Positions 1-9,509 of a stretch of 64,000 nt of DNA are shown piece after piece (position 1 is the stretch's first letter; the number at the start of each line of letters is the position of its first letter). The notes beneath the pieces were generated by a model, which saw only the letters and a list, made by a program, of their open reading frames with translations, did no database searches and had not been told where the DNA came from. Origin of the DNA: Dehalococcoidia bacterium (GTDB taxonomy: Bacteria; Chloroflexota; Dehalococcoidia; Lucifugimonadales; CBDBON01); NCBI GenBank assembly GCA_965198105.1, contig OZ240240.1:3187103-3251102 (forward strand), written 5' to 3'. Made by a program: the position numbers and the translations under genes.

Positions 1-1347
1 GCCTTCTGTGAGACGACGGACCGGATGATAGAGGCCCTGGGACTGCGGACAGGCAAGCAGCGCCTGGACTCGACGCATGTCATGAGCAATATCGCGGTGT
101 TGACGCGGTTGGGTCTGTTCTGCGAGACGGTCCGGGTGTTCCTGCTGGCGGTGAGCCGTGAGCACCCCGGTCTGGGAGAAGGGATTGGGGATGGTCTGGC
201 ACAGCGGTACCTGAAGGAGACCGGAGAAGCATCGAGGTACGAGGACGCACGTTCAGGTGAGGGGCGTCGCCGGCTGTCGGTGTGTGCGCGAGACGTGTAC
301 CGGCTGGTGGATAGGTTCCGCGGGACGGCGGTGGCGGATATGGAGGAGTACGGTCTGTTGGAGAGGCTTTTGCATGAGCAGTGCCGCGTGGGCCGTCACA
401 GGGACGGTCGTCCCAGCGCCGATGACGACGATGCGGCAGAGGGGAAGGTGCCGATCGCGCTGAAGGAGGCGAAGGAGGTGCGGTCGAGCTCTATGCAGAC
501 GCCGCACGACCCGGCGGTGACCTACAGCGGACACAAGGGGAAGGGGTACGAGGTGCAGGTGTCTGAGACGTGCGAAGAGGGGAACGCCGTGCAGATGATC
601 ACCCACGTGGAGGTCACGCCATCGAGCGATGGCGACGCCGGTGTGACGGTGGGGGTGATCGATGAGTTGAGAGAGCGAGGGATAGGCCCTTCGGAGCTGT
701 GGTGCGACACGTCGTATGGTTCTGGCCGGAACGGATGGGAGGCGGAGCGCAGGGGGACGGAGTTGGTGAGCCCTGTCGGGGGCCGGGCGCCAGCGGAGGC
801 CGATGAGAATGATGGGCTGGTCAGGCTGACGGCTGCTGACTTTGACATCGACGTTACGGCAAGGAGGGCTGCGGTGTGTCCTGCGGGACATGAGGCCGTG
901 TCCGAGTACGAGGATGAAGAGGCTCCCGAGCGAGTGGAGATGCACTTCGCCCGGGAGGTGTGTGAGCCCTGTTCGCTGCGTTCCCGGTGTCCTGTGAGGT
1001 GGCGTCGTCGCCCTGAGCTCGGGGGAGAGTGGTCGCCGAGTGGAGCCTACGTGCTGAGTGCGGACCTCGCCAGGGTGAACATCGGACGTAGGCGGCGGGC
1101 CGAGTCGGATGGACAATGGCGTAAACGGTACGGGTTGCGTGCGGGGATAGAGGGTACGAACTCAGAGTTGAAACGGCGCCATGGTCTTGGCCGCCTACGA
1201 GTACGTGGAGGAGAGAGGGTCCGGCTCGCCGTCTACCTCAAGGCCCTGGCGTGTAACATCAAGCGAATGGTCCGGGCACGGCTGACCGAGATGGACGAGA
1301 TGTTGGTCCCACCGGCTGCCTTGGCGCCCGATCCCACCGCTGCATGA
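1..1347 (+). CDS. IS1182/IS5-like DDE transposase; 5' end runs off the window
   Basis: ORF 25..1347 stays open back to base 1. The C-terminal half carries FAREVCEPCSLRSRCP and RAGIEGTNSELKRRHGLGRLRVRG, typical of IS1182-type DDE transposases. Confidence 0.75.
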   Translation, partial: AFCETTDRMIEALGLRTGKQRLDSTHVMSNIAVLTRLGLFCETVRVFLLAVSREHPGLGEGIGDGLAQRYLKETGEASRYEDARSGEGRRRLSVCARDVYRLVDRFRGTAVADMEEYGLLERLLHEQCRVGRHRDGRPSADDDDAAEGKVPIALKEAKEVRSSSMQTPHDPAVTYSGHKGKGYEVQVSETCEEGNAVQMITHVEVTPSSDGDAGVTVGVIDELRERGIGPSELWCDTSYGSGRNGWEAERRGTELVSPVGGRAPAEADENDGLVRLTAADFDIDVTARRAAVCPAGHEAVSEYEDEEAPERVEMHFAREVCEPCSLRSRCPVRWRRRPELGGEWSPSGAYVLSADLARVNIGRRRRAESDGQWRKRYGLRAGIEGTNSELKRRHGLGRLRVRGGERVRLAVYLKALACNIKRMVRARLTEMDEMLVPPAALAPDPTAA

Positions 1348-1472
1348 GGCTACAGGAGCCGTTGCGAGCCCGCTGATGCCTACCAGGACGGGGTATGGCG
1401 CACCACAACTACCTCATCGGCCGCAACACAAGCCCCGACCGGAACAAAACCAAATCCCTCGCCTAACCGCCC

Positions 1473-4333
1473 TCACGCCGCAGAACCAACCCGAAAGGCC
1501 CTTGTTACGAGGGAATCAACTATAGCGTCATCGTCGCTAAGCAAAGCCGCAGTCGGTTCTCCTGATTTGGTGTAAACAACTCGGACCGCTCTAGCGCCTG
1601 GATTTCGTTGCCATTCAAGCTGCGACGATAATTCCCGGTGATAGTCCAGCCGCCCCAGCAGGTTTAGCCTGTTGGCATCCGCCTTGTGTTCTTCCCACAA
1701 ACCGCTGATCGTTTGCCAGCGACGCCGCATCCGTTGTTCCAGACTACCGACGTGGATTCCACCTACTCCCTCTTTGTCGGAGGGAATCTCGCTGTCGCCG
1801 CTCTTCAGCGGCAGGAGCGCCTTGAGCGGATCAAGGATGGCATAGGGAACGACGGTCTCGCCAAGGTGTACATAGAAGAGGTGAGCGTTCTCTATGGTCC
1901 GGCCAGTGATGGTGGTTAGGTCTAGGCTGCGCCAGGGGTCCTTGTCTTGTGAGCCACGTCTTGGATTCACTGTGATTGTCTGGCCGGCCTGAACGATGGC
2001 GGGGTTCTCCGTCTCTTCCACGAAGAAGAGACGGCGCGGGACCACCGTGGCTCCCTGCCGGGCATAATCAGAGTAGGTTGATTGACCGTTCTCCGAGGTA
2101 TCAGTGATGCCGACGCTCGCCCGCCGCACGTCTACCGAGCCCGCCTTGCCCAGCCAGCGCTCGATCTTGCCCGCAAGAGGGGCCGCCTTGCCGTCATAGC
2201 CGACGCGCCGGGCGAAGATGACCGACGCGGGAATAGGGAAGAAGGTGTTGGGGTCCAGTCTCTCCAGATCCCATGCCGTCTTGTGATCGAAATCGACCGC
2301 CAGGACGCGGCCCGGCGTGCGCTTTCTGCCTCTACCGCTGGCTTTCGCCCGCCATTCTCCGGTTCGCCACTTGGAGTGTTGGCCCGTCTGTAGAGCGCTG
2401 TGAGGCATCACCATGCCGATCACGCCGCCGTCCTTCAGGTAGAGGTCGACGCTGCGACTGAAGAACAAACCGGCAACGTCCTGGTGGGTGGCGTATCTGC
2501 CGCCCGTCCAGATGCCGTACAGGTCCTTGCTCTGCCGCTCCAGCTCCGTGCGCAGCGTGCTGACAGTCTGGTTGTAGTTGATCCACGGCGGGTTGCCGAC
2601 TATCACGTCCACCTTGCTGCGGGAGAGGGCGACGGGGCGTACGAGGTTGCGGGTGTAGTAGGCCCAGATGTGGTCGCGTCCCTCGCCGTGCAGCATCCGC
2701 AGGGAGGCGATGGTCCGCTCCAGGGCTAGCCGCTCGCCGGGGTGGGCGATGCCGTGGTCGACGAGGGCGAAGCTCGGATCCTCGCCGCTCTCGATGGCCT
2801 CGGCGACGTCGCCCATGAAGGCGTCGAAGGTCTCGGCCCGCTCCACGAGGCTCACTGGAAACACGAGCTCGGTGTTCCACTCGTCCCCCACCTGCACCGT
2901 GACGTCGTGCTGGGCGAACATGTCTTCGGTGTGGAACCGGAGCTGGAGCGCGTCCCCAAGGTAGATGGGAACGGTGATGTCGGCGGCGGGGCGGTGGTCG
3001 ACGGCGGCCTGTATCGCGGGTTGTGCGGCCAGGACCCGGGTTGTGCGGCCAGGACCCAGGCGGACCGGGCCAGGTGCACCGCCACCGGGTGTACGTCGAT
3101 GCCCGCGACGGCTGTGCGAAGCCTGTCCAGGACGTCTTCGGGGTAGAGGTAGGCGTCGTTCGAGGCGGCCTCGATGAAGTGGGTAACCGCCTCTGCGACG
3201 AAGGTCCCCGAGCCGCAGGCGGGGTCGAGCACGCGCTGCTCCAGCGGGTCGGTCACCAACTCCCGCACGATGATACGCGCCAGCCAGTCCGGGGTGTAGT
3301 ACTCGCCCAGCTGTCGTCGCTCGTCGGGCGGGATGACGGTCTGGTAAAGGATGGCGGCGACGTCGTTGGGGGCTTCCTGCCAGTCGAACCGGGCGACGCG
3401 GCGGGCCAGCGTCCTGAGCATGGGCAGGCCGCCCACCTCCGTCGGCCAGGCGAAGAAGTCGGACTCCACGATGCCCTGCAGGCCCGTCTTGCTGCGGAAC
3501 TCGCGGCCGTGGAGCAGGTCCTCTGCATGGGTCTCCGCCAGCGCGTATATGTCGATGCCGAAGGAGGCCTGAACAGCCATTCCGACGACCGCGGTAAGGT
3601 AGGTGTGGCGGACGAACAGGTCGTCCATCTCTTCGGGGCTGCCGGCGATCTCGCCCAGCGCCGCCTTGAGCAGGTTCTCCCAGAGCTGCCGCTTGACCCT
3701 GATGGTGCTGTAGCCGGCGTACTCGTCGTACAGGGCCTTGAGGACGGCTATGTCGCGCTGGTAGGAGGGGCTGTCGGGCCCGAAGTGCTCGGCGACGGAG
3801 TCGCGGGAGGGCTGCTTGTCCTCCTCCGCTGAGAGGGCGTGGTCCCGGAGCCACTCGTAGAGGGTGAACCACCGGTCCGGGTCGCCGAGGGTGAAGGCGT
3901 AGGGCGGCTCGGCCCTGACGGGTCCGGCGTTGGGCCAGCGCAGCAGCCAGTACCTGCCGTCGGTCAGGATGCCCATGCGAACGCGGCCCTGCCTCTGCGA
4001 CTGCTCCAGGTAGTCGTCGAGCTGCTCTACGTACTCGGGGTTGGGGTCGAGGCCGCCGGTCGAGCCTATCCTCCGCTTCGACTCGATGAAGGTGTCCAGC
4101 GCAGTAAGGTCCACCGCGCGGCGGGAGCCCTGGGCGGGTGGGTTCTCCTCGACGATCTCATCGCTCCTGGCGAGGCGGGTGGCGATGAGGAAGTCGCGCA
4201 CGGCGCTGGTGATGTTCGCCTCGGGCTCGCCGAGATCGTGCCGACGCAGCATCTCGGCGGCGGCTCCGGCGCACGCGGGGTCGTTGTAATCTATGTGGGG
4301 CGCCATAGCTGTATGGTGGTAAGCATGTGACAA
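1473..4333 (-). pseudogene. Fused Type IIG/IIL-like restriction endonuclease / N6-adenine DNA methyltransferase, frameshifted by a 20-bp tandem duplication
   Basis: ORF 2852..4333 has a D-x8-ExK nuclease-like motif (VDLTALDTFIESK) and SAM motif I (VLDPACGSGTFV). The frame of ORF 1473..3872 continues with motif IV (VGNPPW) and a long C-terminal domain. Both frames encode VLAAQP at the junction. Removing one repeat copy gives a single 946-aa ORF. Confidence 0.75.
3018..3057. repeat. Perfect tandem duplication, 2 x 20 bp (gggttgtgcggccaggaccc)
   Basis: Read directly: 3018..3037 equals 3038..3057. Its length is not a multiple of 3 and it sits at the frame switch of the methylase gene. Confidence 0.95.
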
Positions 4334-4356
4334 GTCAACCTTCCCGTCAACTCGTG

Positions 4357-4484
4357 ACTGTCAGACTCCGTGAGATGCAAGTCCGTTCGCCCCCGTATCG
4401 AGTACGGGGCAAGCTCTGAGCCTGTCGAAGGGCGCGCCCTAAAGTCGATGCCCGTTATGGTTCGACAAGCTCACCACGAACGGG
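4357..4484. repeat. Composite intergenic REP-like block (families C and B)
   Basis: actgtcagactccgtgag... recurs at 5917 and 6925. ctgagcctgtcgaagg...cccgttatggttcgacaagctcaccacgaacggg recurs at 56756..56812. An internal hairpin ccccgta/tacgggg is present. Confidence 0.8.
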
Positions 4485-4526
4485 CTGGGTTCCCCCTCTG
4501 CTCTGAACAGTTTCCCGGAAGAGCTC

Positions 4527-5801
4527 TCACGGACGGCTGACGTCCGGGGCGATGCGGCGCCGCAGCGACGGCATCAGCAGGCCGACCACGCATACCAGGA
4601 CGAGACCGGCGCCCGACATGACGGCGACGGCCTCGGTCGGGCCGAGCGCGGTGCCGAGCCCTCCGACCAGCAGCGCGCCCAACGGGCTCGCGCCGATCGC
4701 CAGGCTCATCACGCCCAGCGACCGTCCGCGCATATCCTCGCGCGCGACTAGGATTACGATGGTGGCCTGCATCGTCCCGAACCCGGACGTGCCCAGTCCG
4801 GCTATCAGCAGGATGGGAAGGGACAGCCCGTAGAGGCCGGACGCCGAGAACGCCAGTATCGCCAGGAGCGACAGGACCGACCCGCCCAGAAAGTAGCGGC
4901 CGTGGTACGTGATGTTCGGTGTCGACGCTATGCCCACCGCGCCTATGAGAGCTCCGAACCCCTCCGTCGCCAGGAGCAGCCCCATGAGAGTCGGCCCCAC
5001 CTCCAGGACGTTCTTGGCGATGACCGGCACCATCTGCTGGTACGGAAAGAGCAGCAGGTTCATCAGGACCGTGACGACCACCGCCGCCAGGATGGCGCGC
5101 TGTCCCGCCACGTACCGGAAGCCCTCGGCCAGGTTTCTGACGACGCCGGCCGACCTGATGAGCTCGGAGGGGACCCGGCGCTCCGGCAGCCTGAACAGCC
5201 CGATGAGCGTGAGCGTTATCAGGTGGAAGCCGGTGACGACCACGTAGGCGCCCGAGACGTCGACCGTCGAGATCAGGAGACCGGCGAGCGCGGGCCCTAC
5301 CATCCGGCTGGTGTGCATCCCTATGGAGTCTACGGCGATCGCGTTGGTGACGCCCGAGCGCCCCATCAGGTCGTGGACGATCGAGCGCCGCGAGGGGAAG
5401 TCGAGCGCCCAGCCGGTTCCGTTGGCAAGGATGACTATGTAGGCGTGCCAGAACTCGACCCTGCCGGTGAAGAGGACGACCGTCATCACCAGGGTGACGA
5501 TCAGGTTCGCTGCCTGCGTGATCGTCAGCAGCCGCTTCCGGTCGACCCGGTCGGCGAGCAGGCCGCCGATCGCGCCGAGCATCAGCGTCGGGGCGAATCC
5601 GCAGGCCCCGACGAGCGAGACCCTCCAGGGCGATCCGGTCAGCTCGAGGACCAGCCACGCCAGGAGGGTCATCTGGCTCCATCGTGAGATGTGGCTGAAC
5701 AGATTCGCCGGCCACAGCAGCCGGAACTGGCGGTTGTGGAAGGCCTGAAAGGTGCGCAGAGAGCGCACCCTGCTGGGTACCGATCGTCCTGTAACGGCCA
5801 T
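4527..5801 (-). CDS. MFS transporter
   Basis: 424-aa ORF, hydrophobic throughout with about 12 predicted TM stretches. The N-terminus FRLLWPANLFSHISRWSQMTLLAWLVLELTGSP is typical of the MFS_3/EntS-like group. Confidence 0.85.
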   Translation of the reverse strand: MAVTGRSVPSRVRSLRTFQAFHNRQFRLLWPANLFSHISRWSQMTLLAWLVLELTGSPWRVSLVGACGFAPTLMLGAIGGLLADRVDRKRLLTITQAANLIVTLVMTVVLFTGRVEFWHAYIVILANGTGWALDFPSRRSIVHDLMGRSGVTNAIAVDSIGMHTSRMVGPALAGLLISTVDVSGAYVVVTGFHLITLTLIGLFRLPERRVPSELIRSAGVVRNLAEGFRYVAGQRAILAAVVVTVLMNLLLFPYQQMVPVIAKNVLEVGPTLMGLLLATEGFGALIGAVGIASTPNITYHGRYFLGGSVLSLLAILAFSASGLYGLSLPILLIAGLGTSGFGTMQATIVILVAREDMRGRSLGVMSLAIGASPLGALLVGGLGTALGPTEAVAVMSGAGLVLVCVVGLLMPSLRRRIAPDVSRP

Positions 5802-5916
5802 CTGGTGGGCGGGGCAAGAGCCGCGGGATGAGTCTATGGACGGAGCCTCCCGGGCTCCGCGTCAGACGACCGTACAGAACGGCCCGGATGATTGTCTAGC
5901 TGTTTACGGGCGCCGT

Positions 5917-6015
5917 CACTGCTCAGACTCCGTGAGTAATGCGGTCAATTGGCGGGGTGGAGAGGAGGCTCTTACCTCTTCCCCCGGCCCCCGCGGGGGA
6001 AGATTGAGATGGGGG
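5917..6015. repeat. About 97-bp composite REP element (family C + inverted family A)
   Basis: Nearly the same element occurs at 6925..7021. It ends in cttacctcttccccc...cgcgggggaagattgagatggggg, the reverse complement of the family A unit. Confidence 0.85.
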
Positions 6016-6264
6016 TTCTCCGCCTGATTCGGACGCGCGGCGGAACGAGCGGCTTCATGAATCATGATGCTGCACCCCGCTGGTGAGCATTCGCAGTAGG
6101 GTGATCGATGTCGTCCCGAGCGCAGCGAGGGACCTGGGGAGGGGTCTTTGACTCTGGCTTCGTGCCGAACGCCCTGCCGCCCCAGACTCTTCGCTTCGCT
6201 CAGGGCGACAGTCCAGGCGGGGAAACTGGGGCTACATGGAAGTCCCCTGTTACGAGGGAATCAG

Positions 6265-6273
6265 TGGTATAAT
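6265..6273 (+). promoter_or_regulatory. Possible extended -10 promoter (TGgTATAAT) for the RRM protein gene
   Basis: tggtataat sits about 115 nt upstream of ATG 6387. No convincing -35 was found. Confidence 0.25.
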
Positions 6274-6386
6274 ACGGAATATTCCAGACCGGTTAGCAAT
6301 GTCGTTCCGCTTCCTGCGTTACTGTCACAGCACAAATCGCATGCGACGCTTGCCACGGATCCGGAGAATTGAAGAAGGAGTGTTGC

Positions 6387-6677
6387 ATGAACATCTATGT
6401 AGGCAACTTGCCATTTGAGGTTACCGAGGACCAGCTGCACGTCGCCTTCACCCAGCACGGTGAGGTTACGAGCGCCAGGGTCATTACCGATCGGATGACG
6501 GGCCGTGCCCGGGGCTTCGGCTTCGTGGAGATGCCCAACAACAACGAGGCGGAGTCCGCCATAAGGGCTCTGAACGGCCAGGACTTCCACGGCCGTCCCC
6601 TTACGGTCAACGAGGCGCGGCCCCGTGAGAACGGTGGACGCCGCCAAGATGGCGGCGGATATCGTCCCCGCTACTAG
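6387..6677 (+). CDS. RRM-type RNA-binding protein with Gly/Arg-rich tail
   Basis: MNIYVGNLPFEV (RNP2) and RGFGFVEM (RNP1). AAGGAG lies 6 nt upstream of ATG 6387. The TTG at 6369 in the ORF track is unlikely to be the start. Confidence 0.9.
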   Translation: MNIYVGNLPFEVTEDQLHVAFTQHGEVTSARVITDRMTGRARGFGFVEMPNNNEAESAIRALNGQDFHGRPLTVNEARPRENGGRRQDGGGYRPRY

Positions 6678-6693
6678 AAGCTGACTAGCTGCT

Positions 6694-6733
6694 CTTCCCC
6701 GCGCCCTGGTAGAAGCGGTACGGCGCGGGGGAG
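6694..6733 (+). terminator. GC-rich hairpin downstream of the RRM gene (possible terminator)
   Basis: cttccccgcgcc ... ggcgcgggggag forms a stem of about 12 bp with one G-U pair. There is no clear U-tract. Confidence 0.3.
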
Positions 6734-6924
6734 ACGGCTAGAAGAGCGCACCATGGCCACTAATCCGATCCACATGCTGCGAACTGCCTTTTTGGGCAGG
6801 CAAATCTGCCGGATTGAGCGGGCATCCTTACGACGATCCTGACCCCTGCCAGATAGGGGAAACGGCAGAATTCATGAAAATACGACACTTTTCCCCAACT
6901 GGACTCCCCTCAATCCTGAACGGT

Positions 6925-7021
6925 AACTGTTCAGACTCCATGAGTAATGCGGTCGGTTGGTGGGTGGAGAGGGGGCTCTTACCTCTTCTCCCGTCCGCGG
7001 GGGAAGATTGAGATGGGGGTC
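6925..7021. repeat. About 97-bp composite REP element (family C + inverted family A)
   Basis: Second copy of the element at 5917..6015. Confidence 0.85.
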
Positions 7022-7032
7022 CCCCGCGCCCG

Positions 7033-7617
7033 TCAGCTCTGCCGGGCGAAGGCGAGGCCCCACACCGACCCGGCCCCGGCCTCCTTCAGAGCGGCGGCGC
7101 AGGCGGACATAGTGCTGCCGGTGGTAACGACGTCGTCTATCAGCAGGACCGACTCGCCGCTCAGGCCGGTCGGGCACGCGAAGGAGCCCTCGATGTTGGA
7201 CCTCCGCTCCTCGTAGTTCTCGATCGAGACCTGCGGGAGCGTGTTCCGCACGCGGCGGACGATGCCGGGCCTCACCGGGAGACCGGCCCTCCTCCCGACC
7301 GTCCGGGCCAGAAGCTCCGACTGGTTGTATCCCCGTCTCCTCTCCCGCCGCGGGTGGAGAGGCACCGGCGCGATCACCTCTCCCGGAACCTCGTGCGCTC
7401 CGAGGAAGTCGGCAAGCAGCCGCGCCATGTCGGGGGCAACGGCCCTGAAGTTGGCGTACTTGAGGCTGTGGACCAGCCGCCGCGCGGCGGCATCGAACAG
7501 GCATACGGCCCTGACGCCGGCGGAGACGAGGCGCACGCCTCGCACCGCCTGCCGGCGCCGGGATGGGCGCACCGCGGACAGTAGGGCCTGTCGAGTCTGG
7601 AGAGCGACGCCTCGCAC
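7033..7617 (-). CDS. comF: ComF-family phosphoribosyltransferase-like protein (Zn-finger N-terminus is in another frame)
   Basis: The PRTase signature LLIDDVVTTGSTM and the ComF core LKYANFRAVA are present. ORF 7374..7688 in another frame encodes the expected CxxC...CxxC...CPRC...CEAC N-terminus. Confidence 0.7.
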   Translation of the reverse strand: MRGVALQTRQALLSAVRPSRRRQAVRGVRLVSAGVRAVCLFDAAARRLVHSLKYANFRAVAPDMARLLADFLGAHEVPGEVIAPVPLHPRRERRRGYNQSELLARTVGRRAGLPVRPGIVRRVRNTLPQVSIENYEERRSNIEGSFACPTGLSGESVLLIDDVVTTGSTMSACAAALKEAGAGSVWGLAFARQS

Positions 7618-7767
7618 GGTTCGCAGAGGAAGCTGCCTCCCCGGCCGCAGGCCGCGCAGCTCGGCGGCAGGACCAGATCGACCGCCATGCGGGCGAGTCT
7701 GGAGGCCGTCCGTACGGCGCGCGGAGCCAGCCGGGAACGTGGGGCCGGGCGCGGCTTCGCGGGCAGG

Positions 7768-8634
7768 CTACACCCGCCGGAACTTGGAGACGCGCCGGCT
7801 CTCGCCGATCTCCGTGACGTAGATGCTCCCCTCCGAGTCGACGCAGATTCCGTGGCCGTCCATCACCGTGCCCTTGCCCGCCCCCTCGTCGCCGTACCAA
7901 CGGGCGATAGGCGCGCCGTCCAGGGTCCAGATGCTGACGCCCGACCCCGGCCCCTGCTCGACGACGTAGACCGTGTCGTTCGCGATCCAGAGGTCGCCCG
8001 GCATCCGCAGGCCGGTCCACTCCTCCAGGAATCCGCCCTCTCCGTCGAAGAGCTGCAGCCGGTTGTTCTCCCGGTCGCAGATGAAGACCCGGCCGTGCCT
8101 GTCGACCCAGATGTTGTGCAGCAGCGCGAACTCCCCCGGCCCGTCTCCGCGGCTTCCCCAGGAGAGCAGCAGCTCGCCTTCGGCGCTGAACTTGTGCACC
8201 CGGTGTCCGCCGTAGCCGTCCGACACGAAGACCTCGCCGCTGGGCGCGACCGCCAGCCCCGACGGCAGGTTGAAGGGCCTCCCGTAGTAGGTCGGCGACG
8301 GCACCCCCCTCTCTCCGAGCCTCCTGAGCACGGCCCCGCCGGAGGTGTACTCCGTCGCGATGTGGAAGTCGCGGTCGACCAGCCAGACGTTGTCGTTCGG
8401 CGCTATGTATATCCCGTGCGGGTTCGCCGAGAAGGTGCCCTCTCCCCAGGACGAGATGAATGTCCCGTCGGGACGCCAGACCGTCAGCGGATGGTGCCCC
8501 CTGCTGAAGATGTAGACCTCGTCCTTGGAGTTGACCGCCCCGTCCGAGGCCAGCCCGAACTCCCAGTCTCTCGGCATCTCCGGCCAGCTATCGACCCGTT
8601 CGTAGCGGTGGTCTCCGGATCCTACGACTGCCAC
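7768..8634 (-). CDS. NHL-repeat six-bladed beta-propeller protein (peptidylamidoglycolate-lyase-like)
   Basis: Repeated motifs are seen: P.G(I/L)A(V)...G.(V/I)(Y/F)V.D, for example GLAVAPSGEVFVSDGYGGHRVHKF and VDRHGRVFICDRENNRLQLF. Confidence 0.8.
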   Translation of the reverse strand: MAVVGSGDHRYERVDSWPEMPRDWEFGLASDGAVNSKDEVYIFSRGHHPLTVWRPDGTFISSWGEGTFSANPHGIYIAPNDNVWLVDRDFHIATEYTSGGAVLRRLGERGVPSPTYYGRPFNLPSGLAVAPSGEVFVSDGYGGHRVHKFSAEGELLLSWGSRGDGPGEFALLHNIWVDRHGRVFICDRENNRLQLFDGEGGFLEEWTGLRMPGDLWIANDTVYVVEQGPGSGVSIWTLDGAPIARWYGDEGAGKGTVMDGHGICVDSEGSIYVTEIGESRRVSKFRRV

Positions 8635-8675
8635 TTGATCGCCTCCTCGTCAGGATGGTCCTAATTCTCCGCTCT

Positions 8676-8708
8676 CCGTCATACCGGCGAAGACCGGTAT
8701 CCAGGGGG
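8676..8708. repeat. REP family D hairpin (ccgtcataccggcgaagaccggtatccaggggg)
   Basis: A related copy lies at 15833..15895. The stem is taccgg/ccggta. Confidence 0.7.
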
Positions 8709-8893
8709 AGGCGGTAGATTTGAGGGAGTTGAACGGTGCGATTGTAAGACGGCGCCTTTCAGCGGTCAACAGACCGCCGCGGCGGTCATGTTAGAATGGC
8801 CCGACATTCTAGGCGGCGCGTCTGCTCCTTATTTCCCCGGCGGGAGAAGGCTGGGATGAGGGGCACCGAACGCCGGCTCCCTGAGGAGAGAAA

Positions 8894-9475
8894 ATGATCG
8901 CGATGCGTGACGCCATGCGTGCAGTGAAGCGCCACGACCGGGGGGACGTCGTGCTCACCACAGAGACGGCGATCTGGGCGTGGGAGGATGTCCTCGACGA
9001 CCTTGACCGCCATCTGCCGATACCGGCCATGAGCAAGGGCTCCTCCGTCGCGCTGGGGGTCGCGCTGGCCCATCCCGAACGGCGCGTCGTCCTGTGGGAC
9101 GGCGACGGGGGCCTGCTGATGAACCTCGGAGGGCTCGTGACCGTCGCCGGAGCGTCGCCCAGGAACCTGTACCACGTCGTCCTCGACAACGGCGTGTACG
9201 CCATGACCGGCGGCCAGCCCACGCCCAACGCCGACCGGCTGAGCTACGCGGAGATGGGGCAGGGCGCCGGCTACGCCAGCACCTTCGAGTTCGACGACCT
9301 GGAGGAGTGGACCACCCGGATCGGAGAGGTGCTCGAAGAGGAGGGGCCGGTGCTCATCGTGATGAAGACCGATTCGGAGATCACCGACTGGCGGAACGCG
9401 CCTCCCACACGCAAGAGCCGGCACATGAGGGAAGCCGCACCCGCGGCAAGAGCCCTTCTCGCGAGCCGGACCTAG
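8894..9475 (+). CDS. Thiamine-diphosphate-binding protein (sulfopyruvate/phosphonopyruvate decarboxylase beta-subunit-like)
   Basis: TPP-binding motif GDGGLLMNLGGLVTV...NGVYAMTGGQ. No alpha-subunit gene is adjacent. Confidence 0.7.
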   Translation: MIAMRDAMRAVKRHDRGDVVLTTETAIWAWEDVLDDLDRHLPIPAMSKGSSVALGVALAHPERRVVLWDGDGGLLMNLGGLVTVAGASPRNLYHVVLDNGVYAMTGGQPTPNADRLSYAEMGQGAGYASTFEFDDLEEWTTRIGEVLEEEGPVLIVMKTDSEITDWRNAPPTRKSRHMREAAPAARALLASRT

Positions 9476-9509
9476 CGCGCCGGTTCGCGACCTACGAGCC
9501 AGGCCACAG

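Noticed and set aside
2880-3872. The N-terminal ~330 residues of ORF 1473..3872 (Arg/Pro-rich).
   Set aside because: This is an out-of-frame reading of the 5' half of the methylase gene. The real product of this region is in the frame of ORF 2852..4333.
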